From NCBI GenBank assembly GCA_031268095.1, contig JAIRXU010000008.1, positions 15,622-79,621 on the forward strand: DNA of 64,000 nucleotides, written 5' to 3'. Below are positions 62,005 to 64,000 of the stretch, one piece after another (position 1 is the stretch's first letter; the number at the start of each line of letters is the position of its first letter). Source of the DNA: Oscillospiraceae bacterium (lineage in GTDB: Bacteria; Bacillota; Clostridia; Oscillospirales; Acutalibacteraceae). The position numbers were made by a program, and so were the translations under genes. Below the pieces are notes generated by a model, which was not told the DNA's origin, ran no database searches, and was given only the letters and a program-made list of their open reading frames with translations.

Positions 62005-62243
62005 GAGCGCGTGTAGTTATCCTCTGGCTCAATATCCAGCTGTTCAAAAATGAAATCATCATCAAACCACAGCAAGTCATTGATGGTCGTAATATCCACT
62101 GGCTCCGGGTAAAGCTCTGCAAGCAAATCCATAAAATCGTGCAGTTTATCATTTTCCATAATCATTAGCAGTGTTTCCAGGCCACCGCTCCATACTTCGT
62201 CTTTCAGTTCATAAGCACTTATATCTTTTATAATGCTTAACAT
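61992..62243 (-). CDS. 83-aa acidic hypothetical protein (element-borne)
   Basis: ORF with AT-rich codon usage consistent with its neighbours. It overlaps the upstream gene by 7 nt. Confidence 0.55.
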   Translation of the reverse strand: MLSIIKDISAYELKDEVWSGGLETLLMIMENDKLHDFMDLLAELYPEPVDITTINDLLWFDDDFIFEQLDIEPEDNYTRSKAL

Positions 62244-62512
62244 TTTTCACCTGTTTTTACTGGCGTTTTATATTCTAGCTCCAGCCTGACCTTTTCAAGT
62301 TCGGCAAGCAGTTCAACAAGCTTACCCGTGTCGATATCTTCAAGCTTTTTTGCTTTAACAATAATCATGTTAATCAAGCCCTCGACAAACACCACATCAT
62401 CAAACTGCTCCGTAATTCTTTGTTTTATTTCTTTTACCCCGTAGGTGGTATTGAATATCCCACAAGCAAGGCAAAAATCCGTTAGCTCACTCGCTAATTT
62501 TTTTCGTTCCAT
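62237..62512 (-). CDS. 91-aa hypothetical protein (element-borne)
   Basis: ORF lying 22 nt downstream of the ArpU-like gene. RBS GGGGGAAAATGG-like sequence upstream. Confidence 0.55.
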   Translation of the reverse strand: MERKKLASELTDFCLACGIFNTTYGVKEIKQRITEQFDDVVFVEGLINMIIVKAKKLEDIDTGKLVELLAELEKVRLELEYKTPVKTGEKC

Positions 62513-62534
62513 TCCATTTTCCCCCTCTAATTTT

Positions 62535-62978
62535 TTATACGACTAAATCTAAAACGTAAGCAAACTTATAAATTGCTTTTCGCTTTAGGCTCCTAAATGC
62601 TCTGTCGTCACTGCTGTTGAAACCGAGCAAGCCGACAACTTCATCTTGATATTTTCCATTAACGAAATATTCTGTGATGTATAATTGCTCCTGTGCGGTC
62701 AAGATACTTTGCGCCCAATGATACCCTGCCAAATGCTTTTTTACTTCTTCGCTTTTCTCGGCTTTGGCTGATAAATTGAATTCGTCTTTGCCTGTTGCAA
62801 CATACGGCTGTTTTTTGCTTTCATCAGTAACATCATGTTTGGCAACCAATCCTCTTTGCACGTTTAGCCGTGCTTGCTCCCATTTCAATTTTTCTAAATC
62901 CCCGAAATAGTCGCTTATTTTCGCCTTGGTTTCTTTTAAATTATAATCATTTAAATTCTTGGTTAATGACATCTTCAC
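62535..62978 (-). CDS. ArpU/RinA-like phage transcriptional regulator (sigma-70 region-4-like HTH)
   Basis: Size ~147 aa. The C-terminal ..HWAQSILTAQEQLYITEYFVNGKYQDEVVGLLGFNSSDDRAFRSLKRKAIYKFA.. resembles ArpU-family late regulators. Confidence 0.55.
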   Translation of the reverse strand: MKMSLTKNLNDYNLKETKAKISDYFGDLEKLKWEQARLNVQRGLVAKHDVTDESKKQPYVATGKDEFNLSAKAEKSEEVKKHLAGYHWAQSILTAQEQLYITEYFVNGKYQDEVVGLLGFNSSDDRAFRSLKRKAIYKFAYVLDLVV

Positions 62979-63293
62979 AATAATTCCCCCTTAACAAAAT
63001 TGTACCTCAATACCTCTGTAGGATATTGTCCGTTATTGACGAACATACAGCGTTATTGTCTGTTTATGCAATTTTCACATTTCAATTGCCCCCTTGCCAA
63101 ATCAAAAAGAACCCGCGTTTAACGAGTTCTCCTGTGCTGAGAATTTCAGCTACGATACCAATTATAACATTTCTAACGGACAATGGGAGGGTCAATACCT
63201 GTCATTTAGATGGCAAACAGCGGGCAAGAAAAAAACAGGTGTACCTTTGATGGTGACAACTGTTCTTGTGCAAGGTTAAGCCTCTTTTTTTCT

Positions 63294-63314
63294 AAATCGT
63301 GTAAAAATCGTGTA
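63294..63314 (+). repeat. 21-bp site AAATCGTGTAAAAATCGTGTA (copy 1; itself two ATCGTGTA 8-mers)
   Basis: An identical 21-mer recurs at 63507-63527. Confidence 0.8.
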
Positions 63315-63506
63315 CAGCGTTTCTATATATTGTTTAAGCCCTTTATTTAGGACATAAATTTCAAAATGGTGCCGATTCGCCGGGATAATTTTTACAAAAT
63401 CGAATCGTTTTATAATATTTTATGTTCGTTTGTTTTCCTTTATTTGTAAGGATTCTTGTGTACTATATACAAATCAGTATTTATCAAATTTTTGCAATCT
63501 TCAAAG

Positions 63507-63527
63507 AAATCGTGTAAAAATCGTGTA
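63507..63527 (+). repeat. 21-bp site AAATCGTGTAAAAATCGTGTA (copy 2), 8 nt from the integrase stop
   Basis: Identical to 63294-63314. The two copies are direct repeats 213 bp apart. Confidence 0.8.
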
Positions 63528-63534
63528 GATTTTA

Positions 63535-64000
63535 CTAAGAAAAGCTATTAAGAACCTCAACTGCTTTTTCTTCTTCCTTTGGATATAGGTGACAATAGGT
63601 ATTCCATGTTATCTCTATTCGTGCATGACCTAAGCGCCTTGCTACCTCCTGTATATTTATATTGTTATTCGCAAGCACAGATGCATGAGAATGTCTAAAA
63701 TCATGTATTCTGATTGTTTTTAATCCAGTCTTTTTTGAATACAATTTGTTTCTTCTTTGAATTGGACTATCTTTTATGCTATTGCATATTCTAAAATCAT
63801 CTGTGAAATTATGCAATAAAGCCTGTCTTGCTTTTTGTGCGTTTAATACTTCCATTAAGGGCAATGGCAATTGTAATGTCCTAAACGAGGATTTGCTTTT
63901 CGGTGCTGTTTCTATAATGCCACCCTTAAATCTTTGTGTAATGCTACGTCTAACCGTTAAAGGTCTCGTTTATATCAGACCATTTCAAGGCGTGTATTTC
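63535..64000 (-). pseudogene. tyrosine recombinase/integrase, C-terminal part, with a frameshift near 63965 (5' end outside the window)
   Basis: HDFRHSHASVLANNNINIQEVARRLGHARIEITWNTYCHLY (H-x-x-R, catalytic Tyr). Upstream ..PKSKSSFRTLQLP.. is in frame, but a TAA at 63970-63972 precedes it. The expected ..EIHALKWSDINE.. is in another frame. Confidence 0.7.

Larger units (their letters stand above)
61976..64000. mobile_element. AT-rich phage-like/integrative element, extending beyond the window edge
   Basis: There is an abrupt drop in GC content relative to the rest of the window. It carries an ArpU-like regulator, two small acidic proteins, a tyrosine integrase gene and repeated ATCGTGTA sites. 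It abuts the truncated serine-recombinase stub. Confidence 0.55.

Overview
This is a GC-rich (by eye) chromosomal segment from a spore-forming Firmicute, probably a Clostridia-like organism. The taxonomic guess rests on spoVAC/spoVAD, a PdaA-like deacetylase, GlnRS and a SAM-I riboswitch on metK. Nearly all genes are on the minus strand. Housekeeping genes (rpoC 3' end, rpiB, prmA, glnS, fba, maf, metK) are interleaved with four accessory blocks.
(1) 10.7-12.5 kb: an AT-richer islet. It holds a decayed AbiH-like abortive-infection gene and a Cys/His/Trp repeat protein interrupted by an in-frame TGA at a conserved Cys position. A DnaA-box triad lies just upstream.
(2) 17.5-38.0 kb: a co-directional surface-display module. 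In order it has a consensus promoter, a class B sortase with a ~270-aa N-terminal extension, and one 14.8-kb ORF of 4,930 aa. That ORF encodes a signal peptide, a putative thioester domain, about 34 DUF11-type repeats, a CxC cluster, an N/S/G stalk and a non-canonical sorting signal. It is followed by an orphan membrane-anchored SBP homologue and a SipW-type signal peptidase with a Pro/Ala-rich tail. Small membrane proteins and a lipoprotein lie further downstream (14.3-17.4 kb).
(3) 40.1-43.1 kb: a C-type-lectin-domain protein translationally coupled to an MFS/GPH transporter that carries a ~290-aa coiled-coil tail.
(4) From ~61.2 kb to the window end: mobile-DNA debris. It contains an amidase-domain remnant, a small ORF, and a serine-recombinase start truncated after 19 codons. 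These are followed by an AT-rich phage-like element with an ArpU-like regulator, a frameshifted tyrosine integrase and ATCGTGTA repeat sites.
I found no rRNA, tRNA or CRISPR array. At least ten reading frames look disrupted; this is either real gene decay or indel-type assembly error. The many long plus-strand ORFs are antisense shadows typical of GC-rich DNA.
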